Origin: a virus
Lineage: Duplodnaviria > Caudoviricetes
Reading direction: 5' to 3' (one strand)
Virus record (IMG/VR): IMGVR_UViG_3300032270_000274
Location: 1-29,536 of that record
DNA: 29,536 nucleotides
In this document: one piece after another, positions 1 through 8,741 of the stretch
Layout of the letters: every line of letters starts with the position of its first letter
Position numbering within the stretch: the first letter of the stretch is position 1
Program-made: the position numbers and the translations under genes
The notes under the pieces: generated by a model
Database searches by the model: none
What the model was told of the DNA's origin: nothing
Seen by the model: only the letters and a program-made list of their open reading frames with translations

Positions 1-39
1 CTTGTTGATTGCCCCCATTTTGAGCGTAATGTTGGTTAA
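1..39 (+). CDS. 3' end of an upstream gene, probable M15-family peptidase endolysin (partial)
   Basis: Frame 1 reads LVDCPHFERNVG*; D-x-P-H-F-E matches the C-terminal motif of M15 (L-Ala-D-Glu peptidase-type) endolysins. Only 12 codons are visible. Confidence 0.5.
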   Translation, partial: LVDCPHFERNVG

Positions 40-53
40 AAAGGAGACTCAGG

Positions 54-689
54 ATGGCGACCGCCTCGGTAATGACCTACGATTCGTTGGTGGAGAACAT
101 CCAAAGCTATTTGGAGCGTACTGACGCCGCTACGATTGAAAAAATTCCTTTGTTTATCATGTTGGCAGAGCAAGTCATTGCCAGCCAAATTAAGTTCCTT
201 GGTAACTTGACGGTAAACACAAGCACAATGGTTGAAGGTGAAGCAACCATTCAAAAACCCGCTCGTTGGCACAAGACGGTATCCATGAATGTCACTGTGG
301 GTGGTGAGCGCCAACCAGTATTGCTACGCAAGTACGAATACCTTCGTGAGTATTGGCCCAACCCTACAGACGAGGGTGTGCCTAAGTTCTACTGCGACTA
401 TGACTACGACCATTGGTTGATTGCGCCTACACCTGACGCCGCATACAACTTTGAAGTGTTGTACTACCAACGAGTTCAGCCATTGGATTCAAGCAACCAA
501 ACAAATTGGTTTACAAATTACGCCCCTCAGGCTTTGCTGTTTGGTTCACTCATGCAAGCAATGCCTTTCCTCAGAAACGACGAGCGCATGCCCTTCTTTC
601 AACAGCAGTATGAGTTAATCATGCAAACCCTGATGGCGGAAGATAGGTTACGTGTTGCAGATCGACAAGCTATAGCGGTGGACTCATGA
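54..689 (+). CDS. Virion structural protein, probable head-tail adaptor / tail tubular protein A-like
   Basis: 211 aa, RBS AAGGAG at about 41-46; first gene of a tail cluster; size and position fit podovirus adaptors. Confidence 0.6.
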   Translation: MATASVMTYDSLVENIQSYLERTDAATIEKIPLFIMLAEQVIASQIKFLGNLTVNTSTMVEGEATIQKPARWHKTVSMNVTVGGERQPVLLRKYEYLREYWPNPTDEGVPKFYCDYDYDHWLIAPTPDAAYNFEVLYYQRVQPLDSSNQTNWFTNYAPQALLFGSLMQAMPFLRNDERMPFFQQQYELIMQTLMAEDRLRVADRQAIAVDS

Positions 690-1924
690 GTTATATATCT
701 CCTTTTACTGGTGACGTCATCCTTCCAACGGATGTCAGCTTTCGTGCAATTGCACTGACCTCTGACATCAATTTGGCGTGGCCTATCAACGGCAACGCTA
801 CAAACAACTATGCCGCTCGCATCATGAATGTGACGCCAAACGCCGCAGGGCGTAAGTTATACATGCCTCCTGCCAACCAAACCTCGGTTGGTACAGATGC
901 CTTGATACGCAACATGACAGGAACCGCTTTTACGGTGGTTGACTATGATGGGAATACCATTATTTCTGTTGCCGCAAATAAAGCTTCATACATTTACATC
1001 ACAGCTAACCCTACGACAGCAGGCACATGGGCTGTTATTGACTTTGGAACAGGTACATCTTCAGCAGACGCCGCAACGCTTGCTGGATACGGTTTACAAG
1101 CTATTTCTACCACCCTCAACCAAACCCACCCAGCATCTAGTTTTTCAAACGGGTACACATTTGCAAGCACTGATAGAGCGCAAACAAAGGTATGGGGAAG
1201 TGGTACAGGTACGGTGTACCTTCCAGTTGCCGCTACCTTGGCAAATAATTGGTTCATGCTGTTAAAGAACAATGGCACTGGTTCATTGACTGTTACTTGT
1301 GATGCCTCAAACACAATTGATGGCTCCTTGACAAAGCTATACAACCCTAACGAATCCTCTTTTATTGTTTGTACAGGTACAGAGTACGTAACGATTGGAT
1401 ATGGCGTAAGTTCAACTTTTGCTTTTACTGCACTTGTGAAGCCAGTTGTTACGGGTAACTACACCTTAAGCTCGAACGAGGTACAAAACACGATCCAAGA
1501 GTTTGTAGGCAACTTAACGGGTAACGTGACGGTTACGTATCCACCAGTGGTGAATTTGTATGTAGTGTCAAATCAAACGACGGACAATGGTTATTCGTTG
1601 ACGCTGACAACAGGGGTTATGGGTGGGGCAAACGCCGTTATCCCACCGGGACAACAAGCCACCCTTATCTGCGATGGCACAAACTTCTTGAACGCCAACA
1701 CCTTTCAAGCAGGTTCTACGTCGATCAGCTTGGTCAACGGTTCCGTGGGTACGCCTGCGCTGAACTTCTCCTCGGAGACGTCTACAGGTGTTTATCGGCC
1801 CGGCATCGGTGAGTTCGCCGTATCCATTCTCGGAACTCAGCGTCTTGATGTAACTGCCACGGGAATCACTGTGACAGGCTCTGGAACCTTCACCACTGGC
1901 GTTGCTGGGGGCGTCTTTACATGA
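686..1924 (+). CDS. Tail structural protein (fibre/spike-like, Thr/Gly/Asn-rich)
   Basis: 412 aa, ATGA overlaps on both sides, beta-rich composition with an internally repeated pattern (IRNMTG / LKNNGTG / VSNQTTD). Confidence 0.6.
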   Translation: MSYISPFTGDVILPTDVSFRAIALTSDINLAWPINGNATNNYAARIMNVTPNAAGRKLYMPPANQTSVGTDALIRNMTGTAFTVVDYDGNTIISVAANKASYIYITANPTTAGTWAVIDFGTGTSSADAATLAGYGLQAISTTLNQTHPASSFSNGYTFASTDRAQTKVWGSGTGTVYLPVAATLANNWFMLLKNNGTGSLTVTCDASNTIDGSLTKLYNPNESSFIVCTGTEYVTIGYGVSSTFAFTALVKPVVTGNYTLSSNEVQNTIQEFVGNLTGNVTVTYPPVVNLYVVSNQTTDNGYSLTLTTGVMGGANAVIPPGQQATLICDGTNFLNANTFQAGSTSISLVNGSVGTPALNFSSETSTGVYRPGIGEFAVSILGTQRLDVTATGITVTGSGTFTTGVAGGVFT

Positions 1925-3900
1925 CGAAAAAGGTATTTGCCCTCGATACCCAGCCCGGCATCCAACGGGATGGAACTATTTTTGACAAACAGTTCTACAA
2001 CGATGGCAGATGGGTTCGCTTCCAACGTGGTCGTCCTCGCAAGATACTTGGCTATCGTGAGATCGTAAACAACTTGGCAGGCCCAAGTCGAGGTATTTTT
2101 GTCAACCCACAGCAAGCGTTTACCAACGTATACAGCGGCTACTCGGATGGCTTGCAGTTGCTTCCAATTGACGACAATGGTATTGGCGCAGGTATCTCAA
2201 ACTTTACGCTGAATAACTTTACGCCAAACGCCAATAATTTGTGGCAGTTTGATGGTTTCTTTGATGTGGGTGGAGGTGGAGAGAGTGTGATATTGGCGCA
2301 CCCGGGCCAGAACCTCCAACTCATCGACAACGCCACCAACACCCCCGTTCTTGCTGGCTCCACCACAGGCACTACCATGTCTCGTGTTGGCGTTTTCACA
2401 GCCACTGCCACCACCGTCAACACCAATACAACCATCACCTTGTCCGTCGCAAACCCCCTAGTTGGGGCTGGACAAACCGTTACAGGCACTGGAATACCTG
2501 CAAATACCACTGTGGTGTCTGTATCCACAACAACCGTTGTCATCTCCAATCCAGCAACTGCCAGCGGTACTGTGACCGTCACCTTTGACAACAACGTATC
2601 CGTTTCTGGCGGAGTGGTTACCTTACACCCATACGTCTTCGTTTATGGCAATAACGGCCTTATCCGAAACTGTTCGGCGGCAAATCTAGATGATTGGGTC
2701 TCTGCGGACGCCAACGAGGTCAATGTAGCGACTGGAAAGATTGTCCAAGGTCTACCCGTTAGGGGTGGCTCTAACTCGCCTTCTGGGCTGTTTTGGAGCT
2801 TGGATAGCTTGGTAAGGGTGTCCTATATTGGTGGTGTTGGCACACCCCCTCAATTTTGGCGCTATGACATCATTACGAGCCAATCCTCAATCCTCTCCAG
2901 CCAATCCGCCATTGAGTATGACGGTATTTACTATTGGTGCGGTGTTGATCGCTTTCTCATGTACAACGGTGTGGTCAAAGAGATCCCCAACAACATGAAC
3001 CAAAACTATTTCTTTGACAATCTAAATTATTCCCAAAGGCAAAAGGTTTGGGTGTCAAAGGTTCCACGATTTGGTGAAATTTGGTGGTTTTATCCACGAG
3101 GTGATGCAACTGAATGCACAGATGCAATCATCTATAACGTGCGTGAAAACACTTGGTATGACACTGGTCTTGCCAATGGTGCGCAAAGATCTGCTGGATA
3201 TTTTTCAGAAGTTTTTCACTACCCAGTTAACGCAGGAACCACGATCAATTCAACTGGTGGCGTAAATTTTTACAGCATTGCCGTTGGTGGAACTTTGTAT
3301 ACCAATGGGACGTATTTGTCTAAAGCGTTGACTGGTGGTACTGGTACTGGTGCAACAGCAAACATTACGGTTGCTGGTGGAATAGTGACCTCAGTGGTAA
3401 TTGCAAATCGTGGTACAGGATACACCGCTGGTGACTATTTATCAGCATCGTTGCCTGTTGGATCAGGGTTTCAATTATTGTTGAGTAACACCATGTCAAC
3501 AGTTTCCTTGTGGCAACACGAGATTGGAACTGACTCTATTCAGGGCGTGGCAATTAACGCAATTGAAAGCTACTTTGAGACAAACGATCTTGGACTTGTA
3601 TCTGGTGGGCCGTCACAGCCTGCAATGGTTGGCGACAACGTATGGTTGCACTTAGAGTGGATAGAGCCTGACTTTATCCAATCAGGTGAAATGGAAATTT
3701 ATGTTACTGGTCGACCATATGCGCAGGCGTATGACAGCACGACAGGGCCTTACCTATTTGAGCCAGACACACATAGAGTTGATATGCGTGAACAACGTCG
3801 TGAATTGCGTTTGAAGTTTCTCAGCAACACGCAGGGCGGAGACTACCAACTTGGTCGCCTACTGTTGGCGGCAAACATTGGAGACGTACGTGGCTACTAA
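1921..3900 (+). CDS. Tail nozzle / tubular protein B-like (P22 gp10-like) virion protein
   Basis: 659 aa aromatic, beta-rich protein between tail genes and internal virion genes, with two Thr/Gly-rich insertions. Confidence 0.55.
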   Translation: MTKKVFALDTQPGIQRDGTIFDKQFYNDGRWVRFQRGRPRKILGYREIVNNLAGPSRGIFVNPQQAFTNVYSGYSDGLQLLPIDDNGIGAGISNFTLNNFTPNANNLWQFDGFFDVGGGGESVILAHPGQNLQLIDNATNTPVLAGSTTGTTMSRVGVFTATATTVNTNTTITLSVANPLVGAGQTVTGTGIPANTTVVSVSTTTVVISNPATASGTVTVTFDNNVSVSGGVVTLHPYVFVYGNNGLIRNCSAANLDDWVSADANEVNVATGKIVQGLPVRGGSNSPSGLFWSLDSLVRVSYIGGVGTPPQFWRYDIITSQSSILSSQSAIEYDGIYYWCGVDRFLMYNGVVKEIPNNMNQNYFFDNLNYSQRQKVWVSKVPRFGEIWWFYPRGDATECTDAIIYNVRENTWYDTGLANGAQRSAGYFSEVFHYPVNAGTTINSTGGVNFYSIAVGGTLYTNGTYLSKALTGGTGTGATANITVAGGIVTSVVIANRGTGYTAGDYLSASLPVGSGFQLLLSNTMSTVSLWQHEIGTDSIQGVAINAIESYFETNDLGLVSGGPSQPAMVGDNVWLHLEWIEPDFIQSGEMEIYVTGRPYAQAYDSTTGPYLFEPDTHRVDMREQRRELRLKFLSNTQGGDYQLGRLLLAANIGDVRGY

Positions 3901-4156
3901 TAGTCCTCTTAATGTTGCGCAGGTATATGACCCAAGGGGGCACACGTTTGACTCTTGGGCGAGCTTGATGTGCGAGCTATATGCGGCGCAACAACTTGAA
4001 ATACCAAGCCCTCAGACTGATTGGAAGTTGTGGGGCAATGGCATTAGAGCGATTGACGTGTTTGCCAATGAGGCAATACCCATGACTGATGCATTTAACA
4101 ATTGGCAAGATTGGGCGCAAGAGCTAGTCAATGCCGTCAATCCTTCGGTTAACTGA
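3890..4156 (+). CDS. Hypothetical virion-cluster protein (88 aa, Trp-rich)
   Basis: GTG at 3890 with GGAG at 3880-3883 is a better start than the track start at 3851. Confidence 0.7.
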   Translation: MATNSPLNVAQVYDPRGHTFDSWASLMCELYAAQQLEIPSPQTDWKLWGNGIRAIDVFANEAIPMTDAFNNWQDWAQELVNAVNPSVN

Positions 4157-4157
4157 T

Positions 4158-7100
4158 ATGACAAAGCTTACTAAAAAGCAAATACAAGACTTAGCATCTA
4201 AGGGTCGTGGTGGAGACACCATGTTGGCTCACATCAGCCCTGAAGAAGCAAGGTTGCTGAAAGCGCATGGTGGTTCTGGGACAATCAATCCTAATACTGG
4301 TTTGCCTGAGTATAAAAAGTTTTGGAAACAAGTAAGCGCATCTAATGTTGGAGCCGCAGTATCCAATCCAGTTAAAGCAGTAAAAGATGTAGTTGTTGAG
4401 CCAGTTTCAAAAACTTTAGCTAAAGTTGAAGATGTTGTAAAAGAAGAGATCTTAGCCAAGCCTGCTGGACAACTTCTTTTGATGGTGGCAATGCCTTATG
4501 CGGCGGCGTACATAGGCCCATACGTTGCCGCCGCTTTGCCAGCGGGAGTCTCTGCCGCAACAGTCACAGCCGTATCAACCGCTGTTGCGCAAACTGCTGT
4601 TGCTGTAGCTTCAGGCGTTCCTTTTGACAAGGCTTTAGAGTCTGCAATTATCAATTCAGCAGTAAATGTTGGTGCTGAAAAGTTTTCGCCTTATGTAAAT
4701 GATTTAGTCAAAAACCCACAGATTGCATCGGCGATTACCAATGCATCGGCAACCGTTGCGCAAGGTGTAGCAACAGGACAATCAACTGAGCAAATTAAGG
4801 CGGCGTTGAGTGGCTCGCTTGCTGGGTCGACGGCGGGGATGTTGAACCTTGTGCCGGGCTACTCAGACCTACCCGTACCCGCCAAGAACGTCCTAAGCTC
4901 CACCATCCAAGCTCAGTTACTCAACAAGCCCATTGATGACGCCGCTACTCAAGCTCTTATTGCTTCTGGTCTGCAATCAACCGCAAACGGCGTAATTGCT
5001 TATAACAAGATTAGCAACAAGCTTGGAAGACCAGCGACGTTAGATGAGATACAAAAATTTGCTTTCTACTCTACGCCATCGCAAGTCAACAAAGACATTG
5101 ACACGTACCTTCAGTCAAGAATTGTCACAGAAGATCAATTAAGGCAGTCTTTAGCTAAAGAGGGTTTTGTAAATTTAACACCTCAACAAATTGAGAAGTA
5201 CGTCAAGACTGACGTTGATCAAGCTCAATTGTTGGAGCAAGCAAGAAAAGAAGCAGACCCATTTGCGACGACTGAAGAAGAGATTGTTAATTTCTTCAAT
5301 GCTTATTTACAAAGAGACCCAACGCCAGAAGAGGTAATGGCGTTCAAAGGTCAATTTGAGGAAGCACAACAACTTACCAAGATGGAAGGGTATGTAGACC
5401 CATTCATCACTGATGTTGGTGAGGTTACAGAATTCTTTAAAGACAAGTTTGGACGTGATCCATCCGAGGCGGAGGCAAAGGCTCTTGCAACAACCTCTCC
5501 TGAGGACACTCTTAATACTCGTGCTGACCAAGCTATTCGAAAGGCAAATACAGAATCTTTTGAGTCATTAGCTGGATATAAGCCAGAAGAAGGCGGCATT
5601 GGAATTAACGTAGTTTCTGATCCGTTATTTGCCCAAGCACGTTTGTCTGAAATGGGCGATTTTGAACCTCCTCCTAAGCCTTTCAAAGATCTTGGTAAGT
5701 TAAATTTTGATCCGTTGCGCAAAGAAGCGTATTTGATTGACATTGATGCAAATGGAAATCAAAGGCAAATTAATGTCATCATTGATTCAGCAACAAATAA
5801 ACTTGCATCGGCTACAGGATCTATAGAAGACGATGCTCGTGTAATGCGTTCGCTTGAGCGTATGGGTGTTAAAAACGCAACCATGCCAAGCGAAGTTTTG
5901 CGAGCATTAGCGCATTACAACCCAGATATTTTGAAGACTGAATATGTTTCTGCCGCTCAAAGAGCAAACATTACAAAAGAAGAAGCAAATGCTTTGCTTG
6001 GAATTTTTGATATTGAGGCAAAAACACCATCTCAACAAGCAAGCAAGCTATACAAGGCAACAGATGCGTTTAAGACTTTAGGAAAAGCTGGGCCATTAGG
6101 TACATTGTTTGATTTGCTTACATACACAGGTGAAGCTGGAGCACCAGAAGAAATTGAGTTTGAAAAATTACAACAAGCAAGACGTGAAGCCGCTCAATTG
6201 TGGGAGGCTTTGAACCCTGCTCCTCTAAAACCATTGACATCAATCGAAATTGATCCAAGTGGCAGAGATGTAACTACAGTTGTTTTGGACTACGACTCTC
6301 AAGGTCGACCTATAGAGTATTACGTCCCCACGCTTGTGAAGCCTCCTTCAGAAACTGACGACGCAAATGTCTTGGGATATGACTCAAAAGGCCAACAAGT
6401 TCTTCGTGAGAATTACATCATCAGAAGCGAATCTGGTGAGCCAATGAGGGTTGATCCTTCTTTGCAAACAAATCAACGTGTAACGCAAGAAGAATTGGAT
6501 CAAGGAATTATTGGTTATGGACTTGACGGTCAACCAATCAGCTTAGAAAGATTATTTCCCAATTCACCAATTTCCAACGCAACAATTGTGCCTCCAAAAG
6601 AACCAACAGGCACTTTGCCTATTGACATTCCATATCCAAGCTTAATACCCAATTGGAAGCCTATTGGTTCAACTGATGATGGAACTGGTGGAACTGGTGA
6701 AATTGGTGGCGCACCTCCTCCTCTAAAGAAGCCCGACTACAGTCTCACCATTAATCCTGAAACTGGTAAGACTTGGGAGTATGTGGCTCCGCCTGAAGAA
6801 AAGACGCCTGATCGCAAACCTGTCAAGCCTAAGGTCATAAAAACCAAAACGCCTGAATTGCCTGAGGAGGTGTCTTTTGCCCAACAGTTCAATCCACAGG
6901 ATTCAACATCTCTTGGTGTAGCTCCAAAACCGCTTAAGCCTACGTTCTTGGCGTCCCAAGAGACAAACGAACCCTTTGCCAGTCCGCTTGACATCGAGAC
7001 TCCTGAAGAGACTCAAGAGACCATTCAGGCTCCACAAGAGTTCCAGACATTTGCTGAACAACAACCCTCAGATGTCGATCAGTTCAGAGAGTTGCTAAAT

Positions 7101-7727
7101 CTGCAAAATGAGCAGATAGTTACGCCTGCTGAAGTTGAGCAGAGCCAATTTGCCCAAATGGAACAGCCATCGCCACTTTCACTATTAGATATGACACAAC
7201 AAACCGCCCCTGAGATGCCTATGTACTACAAATTCGGACAACTTGGTGCGCCAGAGACCAGCCCTTACTACAAGTTTGGCGAACTCCAACCAATTGACAG
7301 CTTCTTTAACCCTGACTACCAAAACTTGCAAGCCGCAAGTGGTGGCTTGGTTACCCCGCTGATGGCGGCTGGAGGGGCTACAGGAACCCGCTACGGGCGC
7401 TACGCAGGTGGAGGTATGACCACACCCCTCATGGCGTCTGGAGGCAAGCTAAGGGTCGATTTCCGCCATGGGGACGCTGTTTCTGGCGAGGGCGATGGTC
7501 AGTCAGACGACATCCCTGCCATGTTGGCGGATGGTGAATTTGTGTTCCCTGCCGACGTGGTAGCGGCTATTGGAAATGGCTCAACAAAGGCTGGTTCGGA
7601 TAAACTCTACGACATGATGCATGGGATTCGTGCTCACGTTAGATCAGCAAAACCACAAGATCTACCACCAGAGATCAAGTCCCCCTTAGATTTTTTGCAT
7701 CGCAAGCCTAAAAAGGCAAGGAGTTAA
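4158..7727 (+). CDS. Large internal virion / ejection-type protein (about 1189 aa)
   Basis: ATG follows the upstream stop; N-terminal GRGGDTMLAHISPEE...NPNTGLPEY block, hydrophobic Ala-rich segment, internal repeats, C-terminal AxGG motifs and a GDGQSDDIPAMLADGEFV block. Confidence 0.7.
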   Translation: MTKLTKKQIQDLASKGRGGDTMLAHISPEEARLLKAHGGSGTINPNTGLPEYKKFWKQVSASNVGAAVSNPVKAVKDVVVEPVSKTLAKVEDVVKEEILAKPAGQLLLMVAMPYAAAYIGPYVAAALPAGVSAATVTAVSTAVAQTAVAVASGVPFDKALESAIINSAVNVGAEKFSPYVNDLVKNPQIASAITNASATVAQGVATGQSTEQIKAALSGSLAGSTAGMLNLVPGYSDLPVPAKNVLSSTIQAQLLNKPIDDAATQALIASGLQSTANGVIAYNKISNKLGRPATLDEIQKFAFYSTPSQVNKDIDTYLQSRIVTEDQLRQSLAKEGFVNLTPQQIEKYVKTDVDQAQLLEQARKEADPFATTEEEIVNFFNAYLQRDPTPEEVMAFKGQFEEAQQLTKMEGYVDPFITDVGEVTEFFKDKFGRDPSEAEAKALATTSPEDTLNTRADQAIRKANTESFESLAGYKPEEGGIGINVVSDPLFAQARLSEMGDFEPPPKPFKDLGKLNFDPLRKEAYLIDIDANGNQRQINVIIDSATNKLASATGSIEDDARVMRSLERMGVKNATMPSEVLRALAHYNPDILKTEYVSAAQRANITKEEANALLGIFDIEAKTPSQQASKLYKATDAFKTLGKAGPLGTLFDLLTYTGEAGAPEEIEFEKLQQARREAAQLWEALNPAPLKPLTSIEIDPSGRDVTTVVLDYDSQGRPIEYYVPTLVKPPSETDDANVLGYDSKGQQVLRENYIIRSESGEPMRVDPSLQTNQRVTQEELDQGIIGYGLDGQPISLERLFPNSPISNATIVPPKEPTGTLPIDIPYPSLIPNWKPIGSTDDGTGGTGEIGGAPPPLKKPDYSLTINPETGKTWEYVAPPEEKTPDRKPVKPKVIKTKTPELPEEVSFAQQFNPQDSTSLGVAPKPLKPTFLASQETNEPFASPLDIETPEETQETIQAPQEFQTFAEQQPSDVDQFRELLNLQNEQIVTPAEVEQSQFAQMEQPSPLSLLDMTQQTAPEMPMYYKFGQLGAPETSPYYKFGELQPIDSFFNPDYQNLQAASGGLVTPLMAAGGATGTRYGRYAGGGMTTPLMASGGKLRVDFRHGDAVSGEGDGQSDDIPAMLADGEFVFPADVVAAIGNGSTKAGSDKLYDMMHGIRAHVRSAKPQDLPPEIKSPLDFLHRKPKKARS

Positions 7728-7729
7728 CC

Positions 7730-8731
7730 ATGGCAGATATGTTCCAAGGCATTGCCGCACCAGACGTAACAACAAATAAGTCAACTGCCGTCACTGCGCC
7801 TCAATATTGGACTGACTACCAAGCGCAGTTGGCAAGCGCTGGTACAAGCGCTCTTAACAAGCCTGTGGGTCAGATGGTTGCTCCTTTAACAGCAATGCAA
7901 ACGCAAGGATATGGGCAAATTCCAACTGCCGCCGCCTCGTACCAGCCCATGCTTTCCGCCGCAGAAGCCACCGCAGGCAAAGCCGCCGAGGGCATGTCTC
8001 CTGAGATGATTCAAAGCTTCATGAACCCCTACACCCAAAACGTGGTGGGCGAGATGGAGCGACTGCAACAGCAGAACATCCAACGCAACGTCATGCCTGC
8101 AATGAAGGCAGGCTTTGTTGGTTCTGGTGGTCTTGGTGGTCAACGCTACGCTGGCGCTTTGGGTCAAACCATGGCTGACATGCAAGCCAACCTCACTGGT
8201 CAACAGACTGGCGCACTGCAAAAAGGTTTTGCTGACGCAATGACAGCGGCGTACAACCAAGGCAACTTGTTTAACCAAGCGGCAACTACGCAAGGCAACT
8301 TGGCGGGTCAAGAGCAGTTGCTTGGGTTGACAGGCGCAGGTGCGTTGACCAAAGGCGGAGCAGAACAGCAGGCGTATGAGCAGTCGCTGATTGATGCGCC
8401 GCTCAAGAACGCAACAAACGTATCAGCATTGATGCGTGGGTACACACAGCCAACGACCACGACAGAAACGGCAACGGGCCCGATACCCGGCGTCTACTCC
8501 CCCTCCGTCATGTCTCAAATTGCTGGTCTTGGAACTCTTTTGGGTTCTGGCTTGGGCGGTGTTGTCGATCCTGTTACTGGCAAATTCACCAAAACAGGTT
8601 TCTTGTATGGCTTGCCAGACTTGCTCAAAACCATTTCTCCAAGCCTTCCAGATTTCACCAATATTTTCAAGTCATCAACGAATACTGGAGGTGGCGAAAC
8701 CACCAATGTGGATAATGATGTGGGCCCCTAA
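7730..8731 (+). CDS. Probable DNA ejection / internal virion protein (Gln/Ala/Gly-rich)
   Basis: 333 aa, RBS AAGGAG, helical Q/A-rich composition with a Gly-rich hydrophobic C-terminal segment. Confidence 0.6.
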   Translation: MADMFQGIAAPDVTTNKSTAVTAPQYWTDYQAQLASAGTSALNKPVGQMVAPLTAMQTQGYGQIPTAAASYQPMLSAAEATAGKAAEGMSPEMIQSFMNPYTQNVVGEMERLQQQNIQRNVMPAMKAGFVGSGGLGGQRYAGALGQTMADMQANLTGQQTGALQKGFADAMTAAYNQGNLFNQAATTQGNLAGQEQLLGLTGAGALTKGGAEQQAYEQSLIDAPLKNATNVSALMRGYTQPTTTTETATGPIPGVYSPSVMSQIAGLGTLLGSGLGGVVDPVTGKFTKTGFLYGLPDLLKTISPSLPDFTNIFKSSTNTGGGETTNVDNDVGP

Positions 8732-8741
8732 GGAATAAATA

